Positions 25,251 through 37,130 of a DNA stretch of 64,000 bases are shown here, in pieces. The translations under genes were made by a program, and so were the position numbers. Origin of the DNA: Octopus sinensis (taxonomy: Eukaryota); contig NC_043005.1 in the NCBI RefSeq assembly GCF_006345805.1, forward strand, positions 33,418,001 to 33,482,000, written 5' to 3'. The notes beneath the pieces are model-generated. The model saw only the letters and a list, made by a program, of their open reading frames with translations, was not told where the DNA came from and searched no databases. Numbering within the stretch: position 1 is the stretch's first letter; the number at the start of each line of letters is the position of its first letter.

Positions 25251-27019
25251 TAATTCATTATGTCAATAAATGTTATAATATTATCATGGTTTTGTTAAAT
25301 ATATACTCAATCTATCCCACTGTGTGTTCAGATAGAGTTTTTATTTGTGACCATGTTATTGTGCCCTCTTCAAAAGGTGTCACTTGAGTGAGATATAACT
25401 GCTATTTCTAACATGTAGAATGACTACGTAGAAGTCTTCCTTGGTGACTTGCCTTATCTGTGTATCTTTATTGAGTTTCAAGTTCAATTAAAAAATGTTT
25501 AACCTTTTCATTCTAATTAATATTGAAAATAATGAAGAATTTAGTAAAATTACTTGTTATTTTGGAATGAATTAAAACTATTCACCTCGAATTGGGAGCA
25601 GGTAAAACCATTCATCTAAAGGTGAGTTTTTCACTGGAATAATGATTGTTTTAACTGGTGAATTTCTTAAATATATTTGTTTATCATAATTTGTGTAAAT
25701 CAGATACACTGAACACACAAATGACCTGTCTAGCTAAGTAGCAACCACTACCATGAGATCGTTCTGACTGTAAACTGGTGATGATGATGATGCAGTAAAG
25801 TTTGGTATATATAGTGGTATTTATTATACATCGACTGGTCATTGTGGGTAGTGAATTGGTAGAATGTCAGATAAAACATTTTGCAATATTTCACTAGGTC
25901 AATTCATGATCAGAGTTGTGTAAGTTAAAATAACTGTCTTTAATCCCTACCAGATTCACACATGTCTGAGTGGACATCATTAATGCTCAGGAGATATGAC
26001 AAAAGTTTATCTGCAAGAAACACATATATAATGATGGGAGGGGGAAGGAAAAACAACAACATTCTTATATATTTTACAGAATCAATATATTTTCAAATTG
26101 AAAATCAAATCCATTTGAAAGACTCCCAAAGATTAAAAAAAAAAAAAAACCATCACCAATGTTTAAAAAAAAAGTTACATTCAATGAGGTAATCTGGTAA
26201 TAAAAATTAGAAAATGAAGAAAATAATTTTGATTATATAAAGCCCCAAAGTGAAATACTGGGTTTTTCAGAAGCATGCAATAAATGAATATGGGGAGAGA
26301 AAAAGTACAAACAAAACAAAAAAAAAAAAAACATGGCATGCAAAGAAAGAGAAGAGAAATATTTCTTTCTTTTACAAGTTATGAGATAATTAGGGATGAA
26401 AGCACCGCCAACATTGGAGTCAACAGCAAATAAATTTACTTTCCTACACAAATCTCAATTATTTTTTTCTCTGATATATCAATTCATTTGTTAAAGACTT
26501 ATCTGAAAATACAGTATTTTTGGCAATAAAGGTATTGTGATTTTATATATAAAATGAGAAGAAAAATATACGTATATATGTTAGTGTTTGTATATATAGT
26601 TTTCTGAATTCAAATCAATGTCTGAAGTAGACAGTTGAAAAGTTTGGCATATAAAGCTGGAAGACATGCCATTAACAATTGTTGGCCCCAATATCAAATA
26701 AAAAAAATAAAAACAGAATCCCACATGTTTACTGCGCTTAACATCATTTTTGTGGGAAAAAGAATAAGCATCTAAATAAAGAGTACAAGAAAAAAAAAAG
26801 ATAATGGAAAACAGAAGTGTTTCTGTATCGATTATCAACTAACTGCATTTCACATAAAATGATCATAAAAGAAACAAACAATTTGGAAGAAAACTCAACA
26901 TAAATTCTGTACAAAGGATTGTATGTTATGACTTCTGTGAAGCTTGATGGGTACAATGCAGAATATTACATACCAGACACAATCGGCTCTTAAAAGTCAC
27001 CCAATATTTTTAACACAGC

Positions 27020-27095
<76 letters not shown>

Positions 27096-27344
27096 ATCAA
27101 TCATAGGTGTAGGTGTCGCTGTGTGGTTTAGAAAATATGTGGTCTTAGTTCAGTCCCATTGCACAGCACTTTTGGCAAGTGTCTTTTACAATAGGTAGGA
27201 AATACTACCTTGCTTAGAAACAATGAAACAATTGACAGTTAGCAACAAGAAGGGCATCCAACCATAGAAAAATTTGTCTAAACAAATCCCATCTGGGATG
27301 TTAGATGATGATGATGATGTGCATATATATATATGTGTGTGTGT

Positions 27345-28398
27345 ACGTACAGCCATGCTACATGGTAGTGAAACATGGGCTGTGATTGCTGAGGATATGC
27401 ATAAGCTCGCAAGAAATGAAGCCAGTATGCTCCGATGGATGTGTAATGTCAGTGTTCATAATCGACAGAGTGAAATTACCTTGAGAGAAAAGTTGGACCT
27501 AAGAAGCATCAGTTGTGGTGTGCAAGAGAGACGTTTGCGCTGGTATGGTCATGTGACGAGAATGGCTGAAGATAGTTGTGTGCAAAAGTGCCACACCCTA
27601 GCAGTTGAGGGAACCTGTGGAAGAGGTAGACCCAGGAAAACCTGGGACGAGGTGGTGAAGCACGACTTCCGAACTGTAGGTCTCACCAAGGAAATTACTA
27701 GAGATCGAGACCTATGGAAGTATGCTGTGCGTGAGAAGACCCAGCAAGACTAGTGAGACCATAACCCGTGGCCTCTACCTGGTATGTAGCCAGTCGACTT
27801 ATACATACCTTTCCTTCTTGTGACACAGAACTCCACTTGTGAAGACCCGTTGAGGCAAGTGAAAATCAAAATCAAAATCAAACCAAATCAAATCAGATAT
27901 CAGAAAGCAGAACCAAAATCAAAGTCGATCAACCTCAATGGAAATTGCAGCTGTGATACTAGTGCCGGTGACAAGTTAGCGAACCATCCGATTGTGGCCG
28001 TTGCCAGTGCCGCTCCGACTGGCCTCCGCGCCGGTGGCACGTAAAAAGCACCATCCGTTCGTGGCCGTTGCCAGCCTCGCCTGGCCCCCGTGCCGGTGGC
28101 ACGTAAAAGCACCATCTGTTCGTGGCTGTTGCCAGCCTCGCCTGGCCCCCGTGCCAGTGGCACGTAAAAAGCACCATCCGTCCGTGGCCGTTTGCCAGCT
28201 CTGTCTGGCACCTGTGTGAGTGGCATGTAAAAAGCACCCACTACACTCACGGAGTGGTTGGCATTAGGAAGGGCATCCAGCCGTAGAAACACTGCCAGAT
28301 CAGACTGGGCTTGATGCAGCCTTCTGGCTTCACAGACCCCAGTTGAACCGTCCAACCCATGCTAGCATGGAAAGCGGACGCTAAATGATGATGATGAT
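27345..28398 (+). mobile_element. RTE-clade LINE 3' portion (ORF C-terminus, 3' UTR minisatellite, GAT tail)
   Basis: AMLHGSETW..MLRWMC..RRLRWYGHV.RM..GRGRPRKTW ending at 27753. Other RTE fragments at about 23800-24110(-), 36370-36550(+), 39930-40305(-), 45420-45900(-). Confidence 0.92.
27983..28238 (+). repeat. About 61-bp GC-rich minisatellite, about 4 copies
   Basis: Unit ccatccgttcgtggccgttgccagcctcgcctggcccccgtgccggtggcacgtaaaaagca. Confidence 0.9.
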
Positions 28399-28493
28399 AT
28401 ATATATATAGTTGTTAATCCAAACATGAAAACACAACAACACGAGGACGTGGAACAAGTATAGTATTATTGGACGCTCAGGAAAGAAGGAAGA

Positions 28494-28526
28494 TTTAACA
28501 TTTTGAGTGGAGCTCTTCGTCAGAAA
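28494..28526 (-). ncRNA. Decayed minimal hammerhead motif
   Basis: UUU-CUGACGA-A-GAG-CUCCA-CUC-AAAA-UG-UU-AAA. GAAA has become AAAA and CG has become UG, consistent with CpG decay. It lies in a short TA-flanked pLTR-like segment (about 28410-28597). Confidence 0.45.
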
Positions 28527-29079
28527 CATAGGAAAAGGAAAGATCCAAAGAAGGGAAGACGGAGGAAAAAAAATCGCCAACGATACACACGCGGTCAATA
28601 GAAGTGAGCACCAGAGATGGGGATGATCATTTCAAGAGAAAGACAGCAGTCACTGAATCAGTAGCAATCCAGTCAAAATAGCTTTTAAACCCTGATTAAA
28701 ATATAATTAACAGAAGGTATGGCTGCGTGATTAAGAAACTTGCTTCCCAACCAGGAGTGCATGGCAACTTGGGTAAGAGTCTTCTATTATATCCCCAGGT
28801 CAACCAAAGCCTTGTGAATCCATTTAACAGAAAGAAACCGAAAGGCCAGCATGTGTGTGTGTGTCTATGTGTACCCTTGATTTGACATCACATGATGTTT
28901 GTAAACAAACATCACTGATCACTGTTATACAAGTGATGCTGTTGGTTTCCAGTCTGGCTTTGGTAAATATTACCTTGCTTAGAAACAGGTGAGGGTTGGT
29001 GACAGGAAAGGCATTCAACTATAGAAATTCTTCCTCAACAAATTCCATTGAACCTATGCAAATATAGAAGAGTGGACAG

Positions 29080-30442
29080 ATGACTAATGAGAATCAACAC
29101 TAATATGGCTACTCTGTAAAATAGAATTTTGAAGTTGTTTTTATCGAATCCATGATGAAAATGTTGTGATCCTTAAAAGTTAAAAACTAAACTCCAACAA
29201 ATGTAAGCAAATCAAAGAACTAACAAACTGTTAAGTTAATTACAAATACAGTAAAGACAAAAGACTGTCTACCAACAACTGAGGAAAATAAAATTGACAT
29301 ACTATATCCTCTTATATAATGCTAACCACAGGTTTTCACATATTTCCATTAAATTTTTTGTATATACACAAATTAGTACAGTAGTAGATATATTGATCTG
29401 CAAGTTCTCACCTGGTGCAAGATATTAATTTCAGGCAAAACTATAATAATCAAAAACCTAAAAGAGAAATGTAACTCAACAGTTGAAATCAAGAAACTGT
29501 CCGGAAAGTTCTGTGTGAAATAAATAATGTACACACTCCAAAGATACTGTGACCATTAAATTTGCTGTTGATTGTAAGCCAAATTCCATAACCACTAAGC
29601 CATGAGCTATCACATGTGGGAAGGGAATTAAAGATAGATAATGTTCATGCTAGGTGTTTTCCTCCACTATTAAGCAATTAAAGTATCTTAGTAAACTAAG
29701 GAAATAAACTCACCAAGGAAACAATGCAATGCTGATGGCAAATGTGAGCTCATCACTTGCCACTAATGTCATAAAATGCCTCTCAGTCTCAAAACTAAAG
29801 AATGTCAAGTAATAATATGCTTGATTCCACTTCTACAAATGCAACATTTGTAGAAATAGAATCAATGCAATATCTGAAGCAAATATATTTCTTTATTGCT
29901 GTGTGTCTGTGATACTGTTTAGTAGAAGAAAAAAAGTTTAAATCATGCACACACACAAACACTTTATCTTTCTCTCTCTTTCTTTCTCTGCTAGTCAGTA
30001 GATAAAAAAAATTCATGCAAACAATTTCAGAGCTAGTTTCCTCTCTCTGTAGAATATCTGTCTACCATTTATGATTGCTTCAGTAGTTTTGTAGATGACA
30101 GTTGCATTGAATATGTAAGAATAAAACCAATTGACAAATTTCAAAAAAATCTTTGTAGCACTTTAGCTTTAATGAAAAACAGAACAAAGAAACATTAATC
30201 ACAATTTAAGAAGAGAAAATAGGAAAACTCTAGAAATAATGTTCCTATAGAATAAGAACTACAACAAAGATAAATGCTCTAAGTAAATGAAATAGGGATT
30301 CTATATATATAAAAAGCGTGGGGAGATCTGAATTTTTCAACAACCAAATACTTCTGAACATTATCAGAAAATACCCCACTTTTTTACTGCTAGAAATCTC
30401 ACAACTGATGTTTGGACTATTGGAAAATAGTCAAAAATAAGT
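29080..30442 (-). other. Probable 3' UTR of the IRF gene, with candidate AATAAA at 29892-29897
   Basis: About 1.4 kb free of recognisable repeats and T-rich on the minus strand, directly after the stop codon. The true end is not determinable from sequence. Confidence 0.55.
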
Positions 30443-30792
30443 CTAACACGATATGGTCCTTTTTTTTTTAACAGGAATTTTTGCAGTATGATGAGAAGAA
30501 TTTTCAATTTTCTGTGAAGCAGTGTTTACAGCAGTGAGTACCTGCAGGTTTCTGGGTGAAGCGCAAGTTGGCAAATTGGAAGTGGGTTGATAACACTTCC
30601 AGGAAGATTGAAAGTGTGTGTCTGTCATAGCTACAACTCCTTCTTGGTTATTTTCTTCATTATTTTTCCAACAGGTGGTAGGAATCACATGACCAGTTTC
30701 AACATTTTCTAATTTCACTTTCACCAATGGCATCATAGTTTTCTGTTCAGCTTGGGAATAGCCAGGGTCATTCACCTCTTCTTTGACTCTCA
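30443..30792 (-). CDS. IRF1/2-like: IRF1/IRF2-like, terminal coding exon ending ...KIPVKKKRTISC*
   Basis: Acceptor ttgtttgtttaattttag|TG completes a phase-1 codon (G+TG). Open to TAG at 30443-30445 and followed by long unique U-rich sequence typical of a 3' UTR. Confidence 0.82.
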
Positions 30793-32401
30793 CTAAAATT
30801 AAACAAACAAATCAAATTTGTTACTTGGTTGCTTCTTGAGTTATTAATAATAGTTTGGTAAATTATTTGGGAGATGTGATTTTGACATTTTAGAGGTTTA
30901 ACAGCTGTGAAGATGTATTATTACTGATAGCAATTTAATGTTCATAATTACTTGCAGCAAACTGTATATAATGGGATTAAACATACCATTACATAAATAC
31001 ATGTTTCATTTTTTGAGTAGTAAATAATTTTTTTTAAATGGATCTTATATATCGTTGCTATCATGTAAAAGTGTCATGAGTCCAAAATGTTGCTTTTTCA
31101 GAAAATGAGAAAATTGTTTCACCATTCCATAGCAAAATCTGACAATTTTTTTGATAACTTGGCATCTAAAGCAGTTGGAGATATGATAGTTTGACCAAAA
31201 GAACCAGCTTTTGCAAGCAAAAATAAATATTGAAAAAACAAAAATGCATTTGGTCAAACTTGGACATATGACAGTTTGACATAATAGTGAAGGAAGGAAG
31301 GAAAGGAGGGAGGGAGGAAGGTAGGTAGGTAGGTATAGACGCAAGCATGACAGTATGGTGTGCAGAAGCTCATTTTGCAACCATATGGTTTCAGGTTCAG
31401 TTCTTCTGTGCAGCACTTTGGGCAAGTGTTTCCTACTATATATAACCCCAGACCAAACAATGCCTTGTGAGCAAATCTGGTTGATGGAAACTGTGTTGAA
31501 GTCAATTTTATGTTTTTCTTGATGTTTTTGTTTGTCCACACACAGACACCATTTGACAACCGGTGTTGGTTTTATTTACATCCCTGTAACTTAGCAGTTC
31601 AGCATAAGAGATGGATACAATAAGTACCAGATTTTAAAAATAAATATTGGGGTCAATTTGTTCAACTAAACTTTAGTATGGCTGCAATCCAATGACTGAA
31701 ACAATCTAAAAAATAAAAGATATATAACTACATACAATACGAACTGTTGAACATATTAGACAGTGAAACTATTGTAGAAGCTAATTACCTTAGATGCACA
31801 GGCCAGGAAGTCGGACTAACAAAGAAGAGATACACTACCAACTATATTAGTAGATTACATAGTGCACCTACTTCTGTCTTGGTTTTCTAAATCAAAACCC
31901 TATGATATTAACCAATAATTTCATCAAACCATTAAGTCATCACCTCACCTTTATAATTATCAGTATATTGCCAGTATTATTCAATCAACCTTGAAGTCGA
32001 TGGAATAATTAAATACTAGCACACCTACTCATGCATAATTTAACTTCTAAATTCTAAAGACATACATCTGAGAGGCAGGCTCTTAACAACACTTGCCGAT
32101 CACTGGTCACAATTGAATCAAATCCTTGCATCAGTTTTTCTCAACCATTACTTTAAATACACTCTGCTTCTGTCAACTTACTGACCATGCAACACCCTCT
32201 ATCAAAACCTATATGTTATATGTAACTCTTCTATCAATTTCTTATCTGATCTTATTTTCTGCCTCAAGTTGCACATCTGCAAGAATTCAAACTGAATGTT
32301 AACGTCATTTACCTATGATTATTCCTTAGTCTTTGAAGACCTGAAAATGTTATGAACTTGCACCATCTCTTCCAACTGACTAACAAGTAATAAAATATAG
32401 T

Positions 32402-34195
32402 CTACCCAAAGACAAAAATCATGCTAGTGTTATTACAATGACTTTTGTCTAGCTGGACACAGACAGACATTCGTACATTACTGTAACTTCAGTAACACTT
32501 GACTTTTGTGTAAAAACTCTACAATAAAAATATTTTGGGAAAAAATTGTTCAAATCTTACCTTGAGGTTTTAATGGTGCATCATCAATATAACAGTGATC
32601 TGACAGAAGTTTGTGTTTGGGACATGATGTAACTGGCAATGATTGGGTGGACTCAGTCACTTTTGGGAAAAAAGGATTCTGTGGTGTCAAATGAGGATTT
32701 TGAATTAGAAGAGGAACTTCAGCTGGTGGTGTAAGAGGTACTACAGTGGGTGCAGCACACTGAAGTAAATTGATGGTGGGTTGTGTGATGGTAACAGCAA
32801 TAGGTGTGGTGACTGGAAGTTCAGGTGGTGAGCTAATGGAGACAACAGGAAGTGGTACAGGACAAGAAAGTCTGTCAGACCGAGTTAACTGTGTCAAGGC
32901 ATCAACAGCATCAGCAGTAGGGTTAGAATATGATGAAGTGTCACAAGTAATGGGAGTCTGTGTTACAGTTGGAGCTCGAATTGTTCCACGGTGGAGCTGT
33001 AGCAATGTATTGGCCACTTCACTATCGCTGAGCAGAGTTTCAGAACTGTCAGATTCAGAAAGGCTATTACAAGACATGGAAGAATCTACTGAATGGTTTC
33101 TTTTTGGAGGGCTCTTTGGTCTGATTTCTCTAAAGAGAGATTTTTGTTTGTCATCTTCTTTATCTTCATTAAATGGACAATTTTTCTCTGTAAATAAACA
33201 AAAAAATAACATTTCTTTTAAGGTTGGTATAAAATCACAGAAAAATTATGGATACCACCTGGAATTTAAATTTTGGCTTCAGATTTGGTCCACCCAGAAA
33301 TTATTATTACACTATTAGGCTACACCTCACGCTATATAACGCACTTTTTAACCATTTACGAAATAATTTGTGCCAAGAGAATTGATATAATTGTCTAAAT
33401 GAAACTTGCTACACAGCAAGAATTTATTTTATCACAAGCAAATCAAATCTGACAGAACTTGATGCCTTACAATATCTAATTTCTGAGTTCATGCCTAGCC
33501 CTCTACCCAGTGCTAAACCCACTACTTATTTGTTTTTATGTTTGTAAGTATGGGAATCACCATAGTAAGACAAAGATACTCTACATATGCAGGGAAGTGA
33601 CACATTACATACATAGCTTGTTTTACAGTTGCAGTGATTACACTGTGTAACAAAATTTAATTTTTTTTTTGTCTTTGGTCAGTAAGTGTTGTTTCTTATT
33701 TGCTTCTATCTAGAAATCAAAAGAAATGACTACTATTCCCTTCAAACTTTGCTTTTGTGAGCTGGACATTAACATTTTGAAACTGACCTATTACCCATTA
33801 CATTTCAGATGGATTCAGCACTGAGCTGCTGAAACAGAAATATTGTTATAGCAAATATTCTGCTCAATATCACAGATTTGCTGGTCTTGACCATAACCAG
33901 TTGAATATGTACCTTAGTGACTGACAAAATGTGCATTTCTGATCAGGAGTGGTGGGGGAGTATCATAGCCATGTGTTGAGAGGGACGTTTTGGGGTTTGA
34001 ATAAATACAAGAAAAGCAAAGTTTGAAGGAAATGTTAGCCATTTTTCATACTTTATAGGGGAAAGCAACTAGGAAAAAACAGTTGCTACCCAAGGACAAA
34101 AATCATGTTAGTGTTATTACAATGACTTTTGTCTAGCTGGACACAGACAGATCTTCATATATTACTGTAACTTCAGTAACACTTGACTTTTGTGT
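32402..34195. repeat. 110-bp direct repeats (32402-32511 and 34086-34195) flanking IRF coding exon 3
   Basis: ctacccaa.gacaaaaatcatg.tagtgttattacaatgac...gacttttgtgt in both copies, 6 mismatches by eye. Confidence 0.93.
32561..33187 (-). CDS. IRF1/2-like: IRF1/IRF2-like, third coding exon (S/P/T-rich disordered regulatory region)
   Basis: 627-nt open frame in unique sequence. Acceptor ttttttgtttatttacag|, donor CAAG|gtaaga, phase 1-1, continues the frame from the DBD exon. Confidence 0.88.
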
Positions 34196-35175
34196 TGCTG
34201 TTTTACTAACGTTTGTAATGTCAAGGTATGACCAGACACTTCCAAACTATACCTGAATGCTAGCTTTAGTCAGCAAAGTATGACCAGACACTATACACTT
34301 CTATTTTTATATTAGACTTAGTTTAAGAGAGTTGAGCTAAACTCTGTAGTTATCAATGTCAACTCAAACCATTCTCCACTAGATATAGTCTCTTTTATAT
34401 TTATACAAATGAGTCAGTTAATGAGATTAAACTGTGTATATCTGTGAGAAATTATTTTTCAAATTAAAGAATCAAATTACAAACAATAACGAAGTTCAAT
34501 TTTTCTTTCTATCTTTTAATACACACAACACTGGAATATCAATTAACCCTTAAGCATTTAAACAAGCCATATTTGGCCCAAATATTCTACCTGTTTTATG
34601 TTCTAACAGGCCAGATCCAGCCTATTACACCTTGCCTACAATGTCATTCTAAAACTAGACAATCAAATCAACAAAATTTGAGAGATATGAGATAATGCAT
34701 GACTAATTCAAAACAATGAATAAATAAGCATTAGAAAAACTAGCACACCATTGGTTATGATGACAAAGGTTCTAGTTGATTTGATCAACAGAATAGCCTG
34801 TTCGTGAAATTAATGTGTAAATGGCTGAGCATTAAAGACATGCATACCTTTAATGTAGTTCTCAAGGAGATTCAGGCACAGGATGACAACGCTGGCCTTT
34901 TGAAGTACAGGTACTATTCATTATTGCCAGCTGAGTGGACTGGACCAACATGGAAAAGTGTTTTGCTCAAGGACACAAAACACCACTGAGAATCAAACTC
35001 ATAGCCATATGATTGTGAGCCAAATACCCTAATCACTAAGCCATACATCTTCACTAAATAGGCCTTACATTTGACAGAGTAATCTGAATGTTAAAGGGTT
35101 ATATTTATGGAGAACATTCTGTGGGTATCTACATCATTATTTAACAAAGAGACATGTCAAAGAACATATACTCAC

Positions 35176-35331
35176 TGTTACAAAAGAATTGGTAAACTTT
35201 GTAAGCATTCGTACCACCCTTATGGTTTAAATCAGAGAGTTCTTTGCAATCGGGTAGACTGTTTAAGGCACAGCGAAATGTTGCTTTAAAGCGTTTTGTG
35301 TTGGGCTTGTCTTCTGTTGGTACAAACCTGC
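35176..35331 (-). CDS. IRF1/2-like: IRF1/IRF2-like, second coding exon (C-terminal half of the DBD with recognition helix)
   Basis: GRFVPTEDKPNTKRFKATFRCALNSLPDCKELSDLNHKGGTNAYKVYQFFCN compared with IRF2 [50 protein letters not shown]. Acceptor tttcag|, donor A|gtgagt, 156 nt, in frame with the previous exon across a 13.7-kb intron. Confidence 0.96.
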
Positions 35332-36286
35332 CTGAAATGAAACAATGATACATTATTGCTTTATGGATTTAACCAAATGACTTGTCATGGCTACATCACT
35401 TACAAACACAGCAGAACTGTTCCTAAACACAAAGACATTTAAAAAAAAAGAAAAACCTGGAACCACTAAATTTTAAAACTTCTCTCTTATGTGAGCTAAA
35501 TTAATCACAAAAGATACAAGCTAATCAAAAACCAATAGCAGCCAAATATCCTTCAAATTGCGCTCTACTATCTTTACAAAAGATGAAGTTATAAGTTGGA
35601 GTGGTCACAGATGGAATGTCTTTAATTATAAGATTTAGTTGGTCTAGGTTGATCTAGAGTTAAACAAAACAAACTGAATACAGAACATCCGATATCACCT
35701 GCCTCAAACATGACACATTTTCAGCATAAAATATGGCACAACTAGCAAGTTGACTGAAAGTGGAACTTTCCCACCAGTTAAGTGTATAAGTCTGAGTATG
35801 GTGAATAAGTGTATAGATCTGAGTATTGTGAATACATTGTGAATTCTAAGTGCTCTGATAAAGTTGAAGGTTACAATGTGAGAAAAAATTATATCTCAGA
35901 GAAATCAAAAGTACTTACTAATGTAAAAATCCAACTTTATTAACTCTCTCTGAGAGAATGACATTAACTCTCTACAGTTAGAAATACCATTTTGTATATT
36001 TGTAAATATTCAATTATGACAGAAGCAGTTTATCTTATTCAGATGCACTTTTGATACCAACCTGCTTGAGATGGCTCCTAGCTGATACAGACTTCCTGTT
36101 TACAGTAACTTAAATTAAAACCTTCCATCAAAATTTCATGTTCATTTGTTCAAAACACTAACTTAATAATGATAAAATTATTTTACTTAGCTGTTCATTA
36201 TTTTCAAAATAAATTGAAATAAAAGACAGCGTACCAACAGAAACATGGCAATGAAAGGGTCAAAGAACCTGAAAATAGTGTTTATG

Positions 36287-36358
<72 letters not shown>

Positions 36359-37130
36359 GGTGAGAAATGTGCGCAAATGGATAATGGTATATTTGCACTT
36401 AGTGACTCAGAGAAGAAAGATGAGTAGAGATGCCATTATGAAAGGTTATTAAATGTGGAGAATGATTGGGAAAAGGAGAGTCTTTCAAATATCAAACCAA
36501 CTGAAAGACCAGCCGTCAGAGTTGATAGCAGTATAATAAAAAAGGCAATTTATCTCTTTCTTCTTTACTCTACCACCTCATCCATTCTCTGATCTTTGTT
36601 ACTTGTGAGTATATCCTGACACTTCACCACCATCTCTCTCCTGCTCTCTCCCTTGCACGTTTACTGTTTCCTACTCTCTCTTTCTTTCCCTTTGGCTAGG
36701 TAACCAAGTTTCTCCTTTACATCAGCACAACTGTTTCTGTGCTCTTTCTTGTATGTCCTCTATAGCAAGACATCTGTTTCTGCCTCTCTGTTTCTCTGTC
36801 ACACTAACCTTTCATCTTCTGACTCCTGATCACCTCCTCCAAAGCAAGATACCTGTTTCTGCCTCTCTGTCACACTCTAACCATTTATCATTTGACACAA
36901 GATCCCCTCCTCCAATTCCCGCTCCCCTCTCTAAATTTTTTATCTTGCAAGTTACTTGGTGACCCTGCCGGTGTTGGTGCCACAGAAAAAGCATCCAACC
37001 GTAAGAACCCTGTCAAAACAGGTAATGTAGCCTAGGGTAGTCTTCTACCTGGTCAGCTCCTGTCAACTGTCCTACCCATGCATGCATGGAAGATGGACAT
37101 TAAAAATGATGAGGATGATGATATATATAT

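Noticed and set aside
27983-28238. Regularly spaced repeats resembling a CRISPR array
   Set aside because: Contiguous tandem units without unique spacers, inside a eukaryotic LINE 3' UTR; no cas genes.
30443-30475. C-terminal prenylation (CaaX) signal in KKKRTISC
   Set aside because: Cys is the last residue, not at -4, and the frame depends on an A homopolymer.
32770-33318. 182-aa plus-strand ORF
   Set aside because: Antisense shadow of IRF exon 3 with no independent signals; the same applies to 48898-49377.
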